64,000 bases of DNA from an uncultured Candidatus Rokubacteria bacterium (GTDB lineage Bacteria; Methylomirabilota; Methylomirabilia; Rokubacteriales; DASRDR01). The position numbers and the translations under genes are program-made. This document shows, in pieces, positions 30,116 through 39,095 of the stretch. Below the pieces are notes generated by a model. It saw only the letters and a list, made by a program, of their open reading frames with translations. It did not search any database and had not been told where the DNA came from. How positions within the stretch are numbered: the stretch's first letter is position 1; the number at the start of each line of letters is the position of its first letter. The DNA is taken from the NCBI GenBank assembly GCA_963805625.1, contig CAWDVE010000010.1, positions 640,001 through 704,000 on the forward strand, in the 5' to 3' direction.

Positions 30116-31066
30116 GTGACGTCAGGCAGGCGGTCGGCGACGCCCGCCGACCGCTTCGAGCGCGCCCTCGAGCACCCGCTGCTCCAGCGCATCGGGCGGA
30201 CGCCGCTGACGGAGCTGCGCCACCTTCCGCCACCCGGCCTCTCGTTGTACGCGAAGCTGGAGGCCCAGAATCCCGGCGGCAGCGTCAAGGATCGCGCGGC
30301 CCGTGCAATCGTGCTCGACGCCTTCGAGCGCGGCCTCCTGCCGCATCGACGGCTCCTCGACTCCACGAGTGGCAATACAGGCATCGCCTACGCCATGCTG
30401 GGCGCGGCGCTCGGCTTCGGGGTGACGCTCTGCGTGCCCGTGTCGGCCGGCCCGGAGCGCAAGCGTATCCTTCACGCGTACGGGGCGGAGGTCATCGATA
30501 CCGACGCCGGTGAAGGCTCGGACGGCGCGCGTCTCCGGGCGCGAGAGCTGGCCGACCTCCATCCGAACCGCTTCCACTACGTCGACCAGTACGCCAATCC
30601 TGCGAACCCCAGGGCCCACGAGACGGGCACGGGGCCGGAGATCCTCGGGCAGCTCGGCGAGCGCCCGCTGGACCTCTTCGTGGCCGGGCTCGGCACAAGC
30701 GGCACCTTCGTGGGCGTCGCCCGATTCCTACGCCGGGCGAGCGCCGCCACGACGTGCGTGGCCGTCGAGCCCGATGACGGCCTACACGGCATCGAAGGTC
30801 TGAAGCACATGGCAACGGCCGTCGTCCCGCCCATCTTCGAGCCGGCACTCGCCGGACGGCGCGAGCAGGTCACGACGGAGGCCGCGTATGAGATGACTCG
30901 GCGCCTGGCCCGCGAGGAGGGCCTGCTAGCCGGCGTGTCGTCCGGAGCCGCGCTGGTGGCGGCGCTCCGCGTCGCCCGCGAGATGGCGGCGCGCACGGTC
31001 GTGGTCGTCTTTCCGGACGGCGGCGAGCGCTATCTCTCGGAGCGCTTCTGGGAAGAGGCTCGCTGA
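30116..31066 (+). CDS. cysM: PLP-dependent cysteine synthase (CysM/CysK family)
   Basis: IGRTPL, KLEAQNPGGSVKDR, TSGNTG, GLGTSGT, HGIEG, GVSSGA; GGGGAGG RBS before GTG 30116. Confidence 0.9.
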   Translation: MTSGRRSATPADRFERALEHPLLQRIGRTPLTELRHLPPPGLSLYAKLEAQNPGGSVKDRAARAIVLDAFERGLLPHRRLLDSTSGNTGIAYAMLGAALGFGVTLCVPVSAGPERKRILHAYGAEVIDTDAGEGSDGARLRARELADLHPNRFHYVDQYANPANPRAHETGTGPEILGQLGERPLDLFVAGLGTSGTFVGVARFLRRASAATTCVAVEPDDGLHGIEGLKHMATAVVPPIFEPALAGRREQVTTEAAYEMTRRLAREEGLLAGVSSGAALVAALRVAREMAARTVVVVFPDGGERYLSERFWEEAR

Positions 31067-31251
31067 GCGGGAGGCTGCCGGCCTCCGCTCCGACCCCCCG
31101 GACCGAGACGAGCCGCTGGTCTCACCCCCCGTCGTATCCCGACGCGGGACGGAGGCTTGGACACGTTCGCGACGGGTCTCGTGTGCGCTCGCTGTGGCGC
31201 GCGTCGCGTGCTCCGACGCCGTCCGGCGCGTCGCGGCCCGCTAGATCCTAC

Positions 31252-32472
31252 TCACTGGGCTTTCGTGTACTTTCGCGCGTAGGCGCGCACGCAGGCCGCT
31301 CGCAGCGCGACCTCGTCCAGGTCACGGCCCCGGAAACGCTCGACCGACATGCGGCCCAGGTCCGGCTGGCTGGATCCATCCACGATCAGGTCGGCGAGGG
31401 CCCGGCCGACCGAGGCGGAGATGGACAGTCCTCCCACGTTGCAGGCCGAGGCGATGTAGAAGCCAGCCAGGCTCTCTACCGGGCCCACGATGTGCTCGCC
31501 GTCCGGTGAGATGGTGGGGAGTCCGCCGCGATGCTCGCGAAGCTTCGCGCCTCGCAGCGCGGGGAAATGGGCGGCCACCTCGCCGGCGAGGCCCCAGAGC
31601 ACACCGACGTCGAGCGGCATGTCCCGCACCTGGAAGCCCGCCGGCTCCTTCCCCATGTCGATCTGGAGCGGATGGTCCTCGTAGCCCCCGAGCATCAGCC
31701 CGCCCTGCTCCGGCCGGGTGTACACGCTTGGCTCGTGGATGCGGACGATCGGGTGATGAGGCTCGACCCCCGCGATCGGCTCGGTGATGAAGAGCTGGTG
31801 ACGCGTCGGGACCATGGGAACGCGGATGCCCACCTCGTCCGCCAGGAGCCCCGACCACGCGCCCGCGGCGTCGACGACCACCGGGCTCTCGATCACGCCG
31901 CCCGAGGTTCGGACTCCACGGATCCGCCCGGCCTCATGGAGGAACCCGGTCACCGCCGTCCCCGGCGCGAGGGTCACGCCCATCTCCCCGGCGGCGGCCG
32001 CGAACTCTCGGGCGACAAGCGGCGGATGGAAGTAGCCGTCCTCCGGGGAAAACAGGATGGCGCGGGCGCCGGCGGCGCGGAAGTGTGGCGCCCGCCGCTC
32101 GGCCTCGTCGGCCGACAAGAACTCGATCTTCACCCCGAAGGACTGCGCGAGCGCCGCGTCGCGACGCATGCGCGACTCTCCTTCCGGGGTGAGCAGAACG
32201 CGCATGGCGCCAACGCGATGGAACGCGATCGAACGTCCCGTCACGCTCTCGAACGCGGCCAGCGTCTCCACCGCTTCGTTGACGAGCTTCACCATGAGCT
32301 CGGACGCGGCCACCTTGGACGTGAGCCCCGCCGCTCGAGGCGAGGTCTGCGACCCGAGGTCGTAGCGGTCGAGCAGGATGACGTCACGGGTGCCGCGCCG
32401 GGCCAGGTGGTAGGCCGTGCTGGCACCGAAGCCCCCCGACCCGATGATCACGACCTCCGCTCGATTCCGCAT
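31252..32472 (-). CDS. FAD-dependent amino acid/amine oxidoreductase (DAO / sarcosine oxidase beta-like)
   Basis: IIGSGGFG, TSPRAAG, VVDAAGAWS, ISPDG. Confidence 0.88.
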   Translation of the reverse strand: MRNRAEVVIIGSGGFGASTAYHLARRGTRDVILLDRYDLGSQTSPRAAGLTSKVAASELMVKLVNEAVETLAAFESVTGRSIAFHRVGAMRVLLTPEGESRMRRDAALAQSFGVKIEFLSADEAERRAPHFRAAGARAILFSPEDGYFHPPLVAREFAAAAGEMGVTLAPGTAVTGFLHEAGRIRGVRTSGGVIESPVVVDAAGAWSGLLADEVGIRVPMVPTRHQLFITEPIAGVEPHHPIVRIHEPSVYTRPEQGGLMLGGYEDHPLQIDMGKEPAGFQVRDMPLDVGVLWGLAGEVAAHFPALRGAKLREHRGGLPTISPDGEHIVGPVESLAGFYIASACNVGGLSISASVGRALADLIVDGSSQPDLGRMSVERFRGRDLDEVALRAACVRAYARKYTKAQ

Positions 32473-32543
32473 GCTCGCCGCTCCGTTTCTCCGCACGCCA
32501 GGCTCTTGTCGGACCATGCCCGGCCCAGGCGGTCTCGACGTGC

Positions 32544-32572
32544 ATGCTAGAGACCGACGGCCGCGGTGTCAA
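32544..32572 (-). promoter_or_regulatory. Sigma70-type promoter for the FAD oxidoreductase
   Basis: Minus strand TTGACA, 17-bp spacer, TAGCAT. Confidence 0.55.
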
Positions 32573-32669
32573 ACTGTCCGGTCACACTGTCCGGTCACAC
32601 AATGTCGACACGACGCGCGAGGGCCCTCGCCCATGTGGCCTTGACACGTCGCCGTCGCCGGCCGATTCT

Positions 32670-33340
32670 GGGCTCCCAGGGATTCACGAACATCTTCCGG
32701 ACGGTCTCCACGAACGACTTCCAGGCGATCGGCGGCGAGGCGTACCTGGTCGGGGAGCTCAAAAAGAAGCGGATCGCGATCATCCACGACAATACGATCC
32801 CCGGCGTGACCATCTCCGAGATCTTCCGGGATCTCGTCACGAAGGACAAAGCGGAGACGGTCCTGTTCCAGGGGGTCAACTGGGGTGAGCGCGACTGGAG
32901 CCCCGTGCTGACGACGGTCAAGCAGAAGAACCCCGACGCCCTCTACCTCGTCACGGTGTTCGCTGACGCCGCGCTGGCCCTGAAGCAGATGAAGGACCTC
33001 GGGATCAAGGTCACGGTACTGGGGCCGGATGGCATGTACTCGGACGACCTGGTGAAGCTCGCCGGGCCGGCGGCCGAGGGCGCGTGCGCCACCGCGCTGG
33101 GCGCCGATGTGAACAAGCTTTCGACGGCGTCCAAGTTTGTGAACGCCTTCAAGGCCAAGTACAACGAGAGCCCGCAGCAGTACAGCGTGTTCGCCTACGA
33201 GGACATGCACATCATCATCAAGGCGGTCGAGAAGGCCGGCAAGAAGGACCGCGCGGAGATCCTGAAGGCCGTGCGCGCTGTCACGCCCTACCAGGGCGCG
33301 CTCGGAAAGACCGCCTTCAACGAGCGGGGCGACACGGTCC
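32670..33340 (+). pseudogene. Truncated LivK-type substrate-binding protein (no signal peptide or N-terminal lobe)
   Basis: Similarity begins at QGFTNIFRTVSTNDFQ, includes IAIIHDNT, ends at AFNERGDT. Confidence 0.75.
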
Positions 33341-33362
33341 TACCTCGGCAAGATGGCAAGCG

Positions 33363-34070
33363 GTGCTCAGGCTTAGGGACGTCGACACCAGCTACGGGCG
33401 CATCCGCGTGCTCCGGCGCGTGAATCTCGAGGTCGGGGAAGGCGAGATCGTCTGCCTCCTCGGAGGCAACGCGTCGGGCAAGTCGACGACCATGAAGACC
33501 ATCCTCGGCGTCGTGCGGCCGACGGCCGGCACCGTCGAGTTCGACGGCAAGGTCATCAACGACGTCAGAACCGCGCAGCGAATCGAGCGGGGGCTGGCCA
33601 TCGTTCCAGAGAACCGGCGCGTCTTTTCCCGCATGACCGTCCGCGAGAACCTCGAGATGGGGGCCTTCCTCCGGCGCGATCGTCTCAGCGTCGAAGGCGA
33701 CATGGAGCGCGTCCTCGGCCTCTTCCCACGCCTGCGCGAGCGCCTCGGGCAGCGGGCCGGCACGCTCTCGGGCGGCGAGCAGCAAATGCTCGCGATGGCT
33801 CGTGCCCTCATGGCCCGACCCCGCCTTCTCCTCATGGACGAGCCGTCGATGGGGCTCTCGCCCCGCCTGGTCCAGCAGAACTTCGAGCTGATCCAAGAGA
33901 TCAACCGGGGCGGCGTAACCGTCTTCGTGGTCGAGCAGAATGCCGCGATGGCCCTCGCCATCGCCCACCGCGGCTACGTGCTCCGAACCGGCGAGATCGT
34001 GATGTCCGGATCGGCCTCGGAGCTTCTCCGGAGCCAGGGCATCCGTCAGGCCTACCTCGGGGAGATGTAG
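33363..34070 (+). CDS. livF: ABC ATP-binding protein, orphaned from its permeases
   Basis: GGNASGKST, LSGGEQQML, MDEPSMGLSP, VEQNA, AYLG. Confidence 0.88.
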   Translation: MLRLRDVDTSYGRIRVLRRVNLEVGEGEIVCLLGGNASGKSTTMKTILGVVRPTAGTVEFDGKVINDVRTAQRIERGLAIVPENRRVFSRMTVRENLEMGAFLRRDRLSVEGDMERVLGLFPRLRERLGQRAGTLSGGEQQMLAMARALMARPRLLLMDEPSMGLSPRLVQQNFELIQEINRGGVTVFVVEQNAAMALAIAHRGYVLRTGEIVMSGSASELLRSQGIRQAYLGEM

Positions 34071-34162
34071 CCGGGACTCACTCCACTCTCGGGTGGCGCG
34101 GATAGGGGTCCGGATGGGTGACGGCGGCGATCGCGTTCAGGGGACGCTCCATGCACCCGACG

Positions 34163-34987
34163 CTAGGCCTCCATGAGCGCATTCAGGTCCGACGTCGGCA
34201 CGGAGTGGTCGAGATAGCCGAAGGTGCCCTGGCCTTTCACCTCGCGCGCGGCGGTGATCAGGCCGGTCATGGCCATCCGATAGAGCGACGTGGCAAGGCT
34301 GATCCGCCTGACCCCGGCTGCCTCGAGCTCCGCCACCGTGAACGACTTGCCCTTGATCCCGACCATGAAGTTGACCGGCTTCGAGACCGCGGTGCAGACG
34401 GCTCGCACCGCCGCCAGGTCCGGGAGACCCGGGGCAAACAGCACGTCCGCACCCGCGCGCTCGAAGGCCTGAAGCCGGGCGATCGTGTCGTCCAGGCTCG
34501 GGTTCCCGCGAAGGAAGTTCTCGGCCCGCGCGGTCAGGGTGAACGGAAACGGGAGCGCCCGCGCCGCCTGCACCGCCGCCGCCACGCGCGCCGTGGCCTG
34601 TCCGATGTCAAAGAGGGGCCGGGCCGGGTCGCCCGTGGCGTCCTCGATCGAGCCCCCGACCAGCCCCACCTCCGCGGCCAGCCGGATGGTCTCCGCGGCG
34701 GCGCCCGGCGTGTCGCCGAAGCCCTTCTCCAGATCGGCCGAGACCGGCAGGTCGGTCGCCTCCACGATGGCCTGCGCATGCGCCAGCGCTTCCGCGCGCG
34801 TCACCTTGCCGTCCCGGCGACCGAGGATGCCCGCGGAAGCGCCGCTCGACGTCGCCAGCGCCGCGAAGCCGAGCCCCGCCAGGATGCGCGCCGAGCCCGC
34901 ATCCCATGGATTCGGGATCACGAACGCGCCTGGGCCCTGGTGGAGCGCCCGGAATTGCGCGGCCTTGTCGCCCTGACTCACCGTCAT
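34163..34987 (-). CDS. Isocitrate lyase/PEP mutase family
   Basis: PNPWDAGSAR, ALATSS, SADLEKGFG, GGSIED, TARAE; AGGAGG RBS. Confidence 0.9.
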   Translation of the reverse strand: MTVSQGDKAAQFRALHQGPGAFVIPNPWDAGSARILAGLGFAALATSSGASAGILGRRDGKVTRAEALAHAQAIVEATDLPVSADLEKGFGDTPGAAAETIRLAAEVGLVGGSIEDATGDPARPLFDIGQATARVAAAVQAARALPFPFTLTARAENFLRGNPSLDDTIARLQAFERAGADVLFAPGLPDLAAVRAVCTAVSKPVNFMVGIKGKSFTVAELEAAGVRRISLATSLYRMAMTGLITAAREVKGQGTFGYLDHSVPTSDLNALMEA

Positions 34988-35050
34988 GGCACTCCTCCTG
35001 TCTGGATCGTGGCCATCCGACCTCACCTCTGGTGGAGCGGGAGGAGGGCC

Positions 35051-36082
35051 TCAGCAGCGGGTGACGTGCGCGGAGACCGCGAGCCACCGGCCCTGCCGGC
35101 GAGCCCAGACGTCGGTGTAGCGGCCGGACCCGACACCTCCATCCGGGCGGACGAACGTGGTGCGAGCGTGGATGATCGCGAAATCCCCCATGAGGCGGAC
35201 CTTGACGTCCTGAGCCTCGAGGCCCGAGATCGAGACCGGTCGCGCGGTCTGGGCGAGGAACGCGGCCCGATCGATGAGCGATCCGTCGGGGTTGCTGCAG
35301 AGGAAGTCGTCAGCCAGGATCTCGTCGAAGCGGCGGACATCCGAGGTTTGCACCGATCTGATGTAGTCGCGATTGAGCTCCAGGAGGGTGTCCAGGTCAT
35401 GCTTCGAACCGATGTCGACGTGCGTCTTCATGTGGTCTCTCTCCTCATCCCGCCCGTCCACGGCGAGGCGCCCCTCGATCTTGACCCGGCTTCGCGTCAG
35501 CAGATCGGCCGGGGTGATGCCACAGGCGACACACAGGCGCGTCCAGTAGCGCCACACGTCGCCCAGCTCCCCGGCCAGGCGCTCGCGCTGGCCATCACCC
35601 TCCGGCGTGAGCCTCCGGAGACACTCGGTGACCTCGCCGGCGTCCCCTATCAGGGCGAGGCCGACGTCCCACAACCAGTGGTCGTCAGGCCGATCCGCCG
35701 GCCCGACACCGTCCGCTTCCACCGCCCACGCCGCGAATTCTTCGAGTGTCATCGCGGCGGCCCCCGCTGCCGGTCCACCTGCCGGGCCGCCCGCTCGCCG
35801 CCATTCGACATGCGCCCGGCTGCGCGCCAGGAGCGTCGACGGCGCCATCCCGGTGACCCCGCATAGCCGCGCCCAGTAATACGCCACGTCGCCCAGCTCG
35901 TCGGCCAGCTGATCCCGCCGCCACTCGTCGTCGCGCAGCCACCGCGTGAGTACCCCGGCGACCTCACCGATCTCGCTGGCGAAGCCGAGGCCGATCTCGA
36001 GCAGCACGCGATCCTCACGCCCGCCCGCGTGATGGTTCACGCCGATGCCCGCCGCCCAGGCGACATACTCGTCGAGCGTCAT
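35051..36082 (-). CDS. Tandem MazG-like domains in frame with a DUF4440/NTF2-like domain
   Basis: Two repeats MTL(D/E)E..AWA...GEV...LA(D/G)ELGDV..YW.RLC, then an internal RBS with ATG (35431) and an NTF2-like domain (ILADDF...GRYTDVWARR..W..VSAH). Confidence 0.7.
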   Translation of the reverse strand: MTLDEYVAWAAGIGVNHHAGGREDRVLLEIGLGFASEIGEVAGVLTRWLRDDEWRRDQLADELGDVAYYWARLCGVTGMAPSTLLARSRAHVEWRRAGGPAGGPAAGAAAMTLEEFAAWAVEADGVGPADRPDDHWLWDVGLALIGDAGEVTECLRRLTPEGDGQRERLAGELGDVWRYWTRLCVACGITPADLLTRSRVKIEGRLAVDGRDEERDHMKTHVDIGSKHDLDTLLELNRDYIRSVQTSDVRRFDEILADDFLCSNPDGSLIDRAAFLAQTARPVSISGLEAQDVKVRLMGDFAIIHARTTFVRPDGGVGSGRYTDVWARRQGRWLAVSAHVTRC

Positions 36083-36251
36083 GACCGCCTCCCCGGCCGG
36101 GTCGCCAGCGTGACAACGGCCCGCGCGCCTCCACGGCAGTATGCCTGAAGCGATGCGTGGAGCGGGGCGCCCACATCCGGTCATCCATCCAGGCGCTGGC
36201 GTCCCGAGCCCCGTGTTGATCCCGCACGCCCGACGAGCCGATCATAGGGCC

Positions 36252-37874
36252 GTGCCAGGCCGTCCGAAGGTCCCAGCCTCAACGTACTCCACCCTCAGCC
36301 GTCGCGCCCTCCTTCGCGGGGCGCTCGCCGGCGCCCTGGCCGCGCCGGGGCTCACGGGCTGCGCCGCCCCGGCCCGCCCGGAGGTCGCCGGCCGCGACCC
36401 CTTCACCCTCGGCGTGGCCGCGGGCGAGCCCGGGCCGGACGGCTTCGTGCTCTGGACCCGCTTGGCGCCCGAGCCGCTCTGGGCCGATCCTGCCGCCCCG
36501 GGCGGGCTGACGACGGGGGACGTCACCCTCACCTACGAGATCGCAACGGATCCCGGGATGGGAACGATCGTCCAGTCCGGCCCGGCAGTCGCGGAGGCGG
36601 CGTTCGCCCATTCGGTGCACCTCGAGGTGCGGGGCCTCCCATCGGACCGGCCGTACTGGTACCGCTTCACGAGCGGGGCCGCCCGGAGCCGCATCGGGCA
36701 CGCGTGGACCGCGTCGCCGCCCGGCCACCCGCTGCGTGAGCTCCGCTTCGGCTTCGTCTCCTGCGCCAACTACGAGCACGGGTACTTCGCGGCCTACCGG
36801 CACCTCGCCGACGAGTCGCCGGACCTCGTGATCTTCCTCGGGGACTACATCTACGAGCATGTCGATCGGCTGCGGCCCACCGTCCGCCGGCACAGCGATG
36901 ACGCCGAGGCGGCGACGCTGCCCGCCTATCGCAATCGGTACGCCCAGTACCGGCTCGACCCCGACCTGCAGCGGCTCCACGCCGAGGTGCCGGCGCTCGT
37001 GACATGGGACGACCACGAGGTCCAGAACGACTACGCCGACCAGTGGTCACCGACGGTCGATCGTCCGGAGGCCTTCCTGGCGCGGCGGGCCGCCGCGTAT
37101 CAGGCTTTCTACGAGCACATGCCGCTCCGGCCGAGGCGATCGCGACCGCAAGGGCCCGCGCTCCGTCTCTACGACCGCTTCACCTACGGGGACCTGGTCG
37201 AGTTCTCGGTGCTCGACGGGCGGCAGTATCGCAGCCGTCAAGCCTGCGCCCGGCTGCCAAACTACGGGGGCGGCCATTTCGAGACCGATGCCTGGTGTCC
37301 GAAGCGGCGGGACCCTGTGCGGTCCATCCTCGGCCCGGCGCAAGAAGCCTGGCTCTTCGACGGCCTCGCGCGCTCATCGGCGCGCTGGAACGTCCTGGCT
37401 CAGGACGTGCTGATGGCGCAGCTCCGGCAGCGAGTGCCCCTCGTGGGCATGGGCCACTGGACCGACGCGTGGGACGGCTATCCGGCGAGCCGGACCCGAC
37501 TCCTCCGGCACGTGGAGGCAAGCCGCGTCTCGAATCCCGTCGTGATCACCGGCGATCTCCACTCCTTCTGGGTCAACGATCTGAAGCGGGACTTCGACGA
37601 CCCCGGCTCTCCGACCGTGGCGACGGAGTTCGTCGGAACGTCCGTCGCCTCGCTCGGCCCGTCCTACTCTCAGTTCATGGGCTGGATGCCAGACAACCCG
37701 CACGTGCGGTACTTCGAGAGCCGCCAGCGGGGATACGTCTCCGTGGAGCTGACGCCCGAGCGGATGACCACGCGGCTCCGCGCCCTGTCGGACGCCCGCG
37801 ACCCCTGGGCCACGGTCTCGACCCTGCGGAGCTTCGTCGTCGAATCCGGCCGCCCGGGCGCGATCCCGGCGTAG
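36252..37874 (+). CDS. phoD: Alkaline phosphatase D family, Tat-exported
   Basis: SRRALL Tat motif, PFTLGVA, LGDYIYE, WDDHEV, LDGRQYR, WDGY, TGDLH. Confidence 0.93.
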   Translation: MPGRPKVPASTYSTLSRRALLRGALAGALAAPGLTGCAAPARPEVAGRDPFTLGVAAGEPGPDGFVLWTRLAPEPLWADPAAPGGLTTGDVTLTYEIATDPGMGTIVQSGPAVAEAAFAHSVHLEVRGLPSDRPYWYRFTSGAARSRIGHAWTASPPGHPLRELRFGFVSCANYEHGYFAAYRHLADESPDLVIFLGDYIYEHVDRLRPTVRRHSDDAEAATLPAYRNRYAQYRLDPDLQRLHAEVPALVTWDDHEVQNDYADQWSPTVDRPEAFLARRAAAYQAFYEHMPLRPRRSRPQGPALRLYDRFTYGDLVEFSVLDGRQYRSRQACARLPNYGGGHFETDAWCPKRRDPVRSILGPAQEAWLFDGLARSSARWNVLAQDVLMAQLRQRVPLVGMGHWTDAWDGYPASRTRLLRHVEASRVSNPVVITGDLHSFWVNDLKRDFDDPGSPTVATEFVGTSVASLGPSYSQFMGWMPDNPHVRYFESRQRGYVSVELTPERMTTRLRALSDARDPWATVSTLRSFVVESGRPGAIPA

Positions 37875-37935
37875 CCGGCTCCGGCTGGCGCCCGGTCCCG
37901 GCAGCGCTTGCCCCTCCCGCTTCACGGATCGCGCG

Positions 37936-38898
37936 TCACGGGATCAGCACGATCTTGCCGAAGGCGCCGGACGTCATGATGTCCTTGTGCGCCTGGGCGG
38001 CCTGCGCGAGGGGGAGCTCCTTCCCCACCACGGGGCGCAGCGTGCCATTCTCGAGACCGGTGGCCATGGCCGCGTGAGTCTCTCGCTCTTCAGTCTCCGT
38101 TATCGCCCACAGGGTGAAGGCGCGCACGGACGCACGGCGCGTCATGAGGTCGCGCGGAGTGATCGTGACGTCGCCTCGGCTGCCGATGACGATGACGCGG
38201 CCGCTGCGCGCGAGGAGCTTCAAGTCGGCGCTGAGATTCACATTGGCGAGCATCTCCAGGATCACGTCCACCCCGCGGCCGGCGGTGGCCTTCAGAATGG
38301 CGTCCTGGTAGCCGGACTGACCATGGTCGAATGCCTGATGCGCCCCCTCGCGCATGACGAGCTCGAGCCCCTTGGCTGTCCCGGCAGTGCCGAAGACGAC
38401 GAGACCCATGGCGCGAGCGATCTGCACCGCCGCGATGCCGACGCCGCCGCTGGCGCCATGGATCAGGACACTCTCGCCAGCCCGGGCATCGGCGAAGTGA
38501 CGCAGCGCATGATAGGCCGTGCCATACGGGACCCAGACGCTCGCGCCCTGGGCGAAGGACGCGCGGTCCGCCAGCGGATGCACCTGGGATTCGACAGCGA
38601 GGGCGTACTCGGCATAGGTCCCGCTGAGCGTGTTCGCGGTGTAGACGCGATCGCCAGGCCTCACCTTGGAGACGCCCGCTCCGATGGACTCGATCGTCCC
38701 AGCGGCGTCGCTGCCCGGGGTATACGGGAGAGGCGGCTTGATGGCGTAGGTGCCATTGCGCATGTAGGTGTCATACGGGTTGATGCCCACGGCCTTCACG
38801 CGGACGAGAACCTGGCCCGCGACGGGCCGGGGCGTGGGAATCTCTTCGAGCTTGAGGACCTCGGGTCCGCCGAATTCACGGACCAGAATGGCCTTCAT
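37936..38898 (-). CDS. qor: NADPH:quinone reductase (zeta-crystallin MDR family)
   Basis: FGGPEVL, GINPYD, PGSDAAG, HGASGGVG, GKIVL. Confidence 0.9.
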   Translation of the reverse strand: MKAILVREFGGPEVLKLEEIPTPRPVAGQVLVRVKAVGINPYDTYMRNGTYAIKPPLPYTPGSDAAGTIESIGAGVSKVRPGDRVYTANTLSGTYAEYALAVESQVHPLADRASFAQGASVWVPYGTAYHALRHFADARAGESVLIHGASGGVGIAAVQIARAMGLVVFGTAGTAKGLELVMREGAHQAFDHGQSGYQDAILKATAGRGVDVILEMLANVNLSADLKLLARSGRVIVIGSRGDVTITPRDLMTRRASVRAFTLWAITETEERETHAAMATGLENGTLRPVVGKELPLAQAAQAHKDIMTSGAFGKIVLIP

Positions 38899-38968
38899 CG
38901 CATATCCCCCTTCGTGACGCCGAGTGAGGTCAATGATTCACCTCCGAGCGGTGACGGATGTCTCAGCC

Positions 38969-39049
38969 TCGAGCTTGAGGACCTAAATGAAATTAGGGTC
39001 CGCCGAACTCACGGAGGAGGCTAGCCTTCGTCGAGTATCCCCCTTCGTG
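38969..39049 (-). repeat. Degenerate direct copy of the RBS and first ~18 codons of qor
   Basis: Aligns to 38846-38916 with ATG>ACG and an AT-rich insertion. Confidence 0.8.
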
Positions 39050-39095
39050 GCGGGCACCGTGCTGGCCCCCGGTTCGGCGTTCCGCATCCGCGAGG

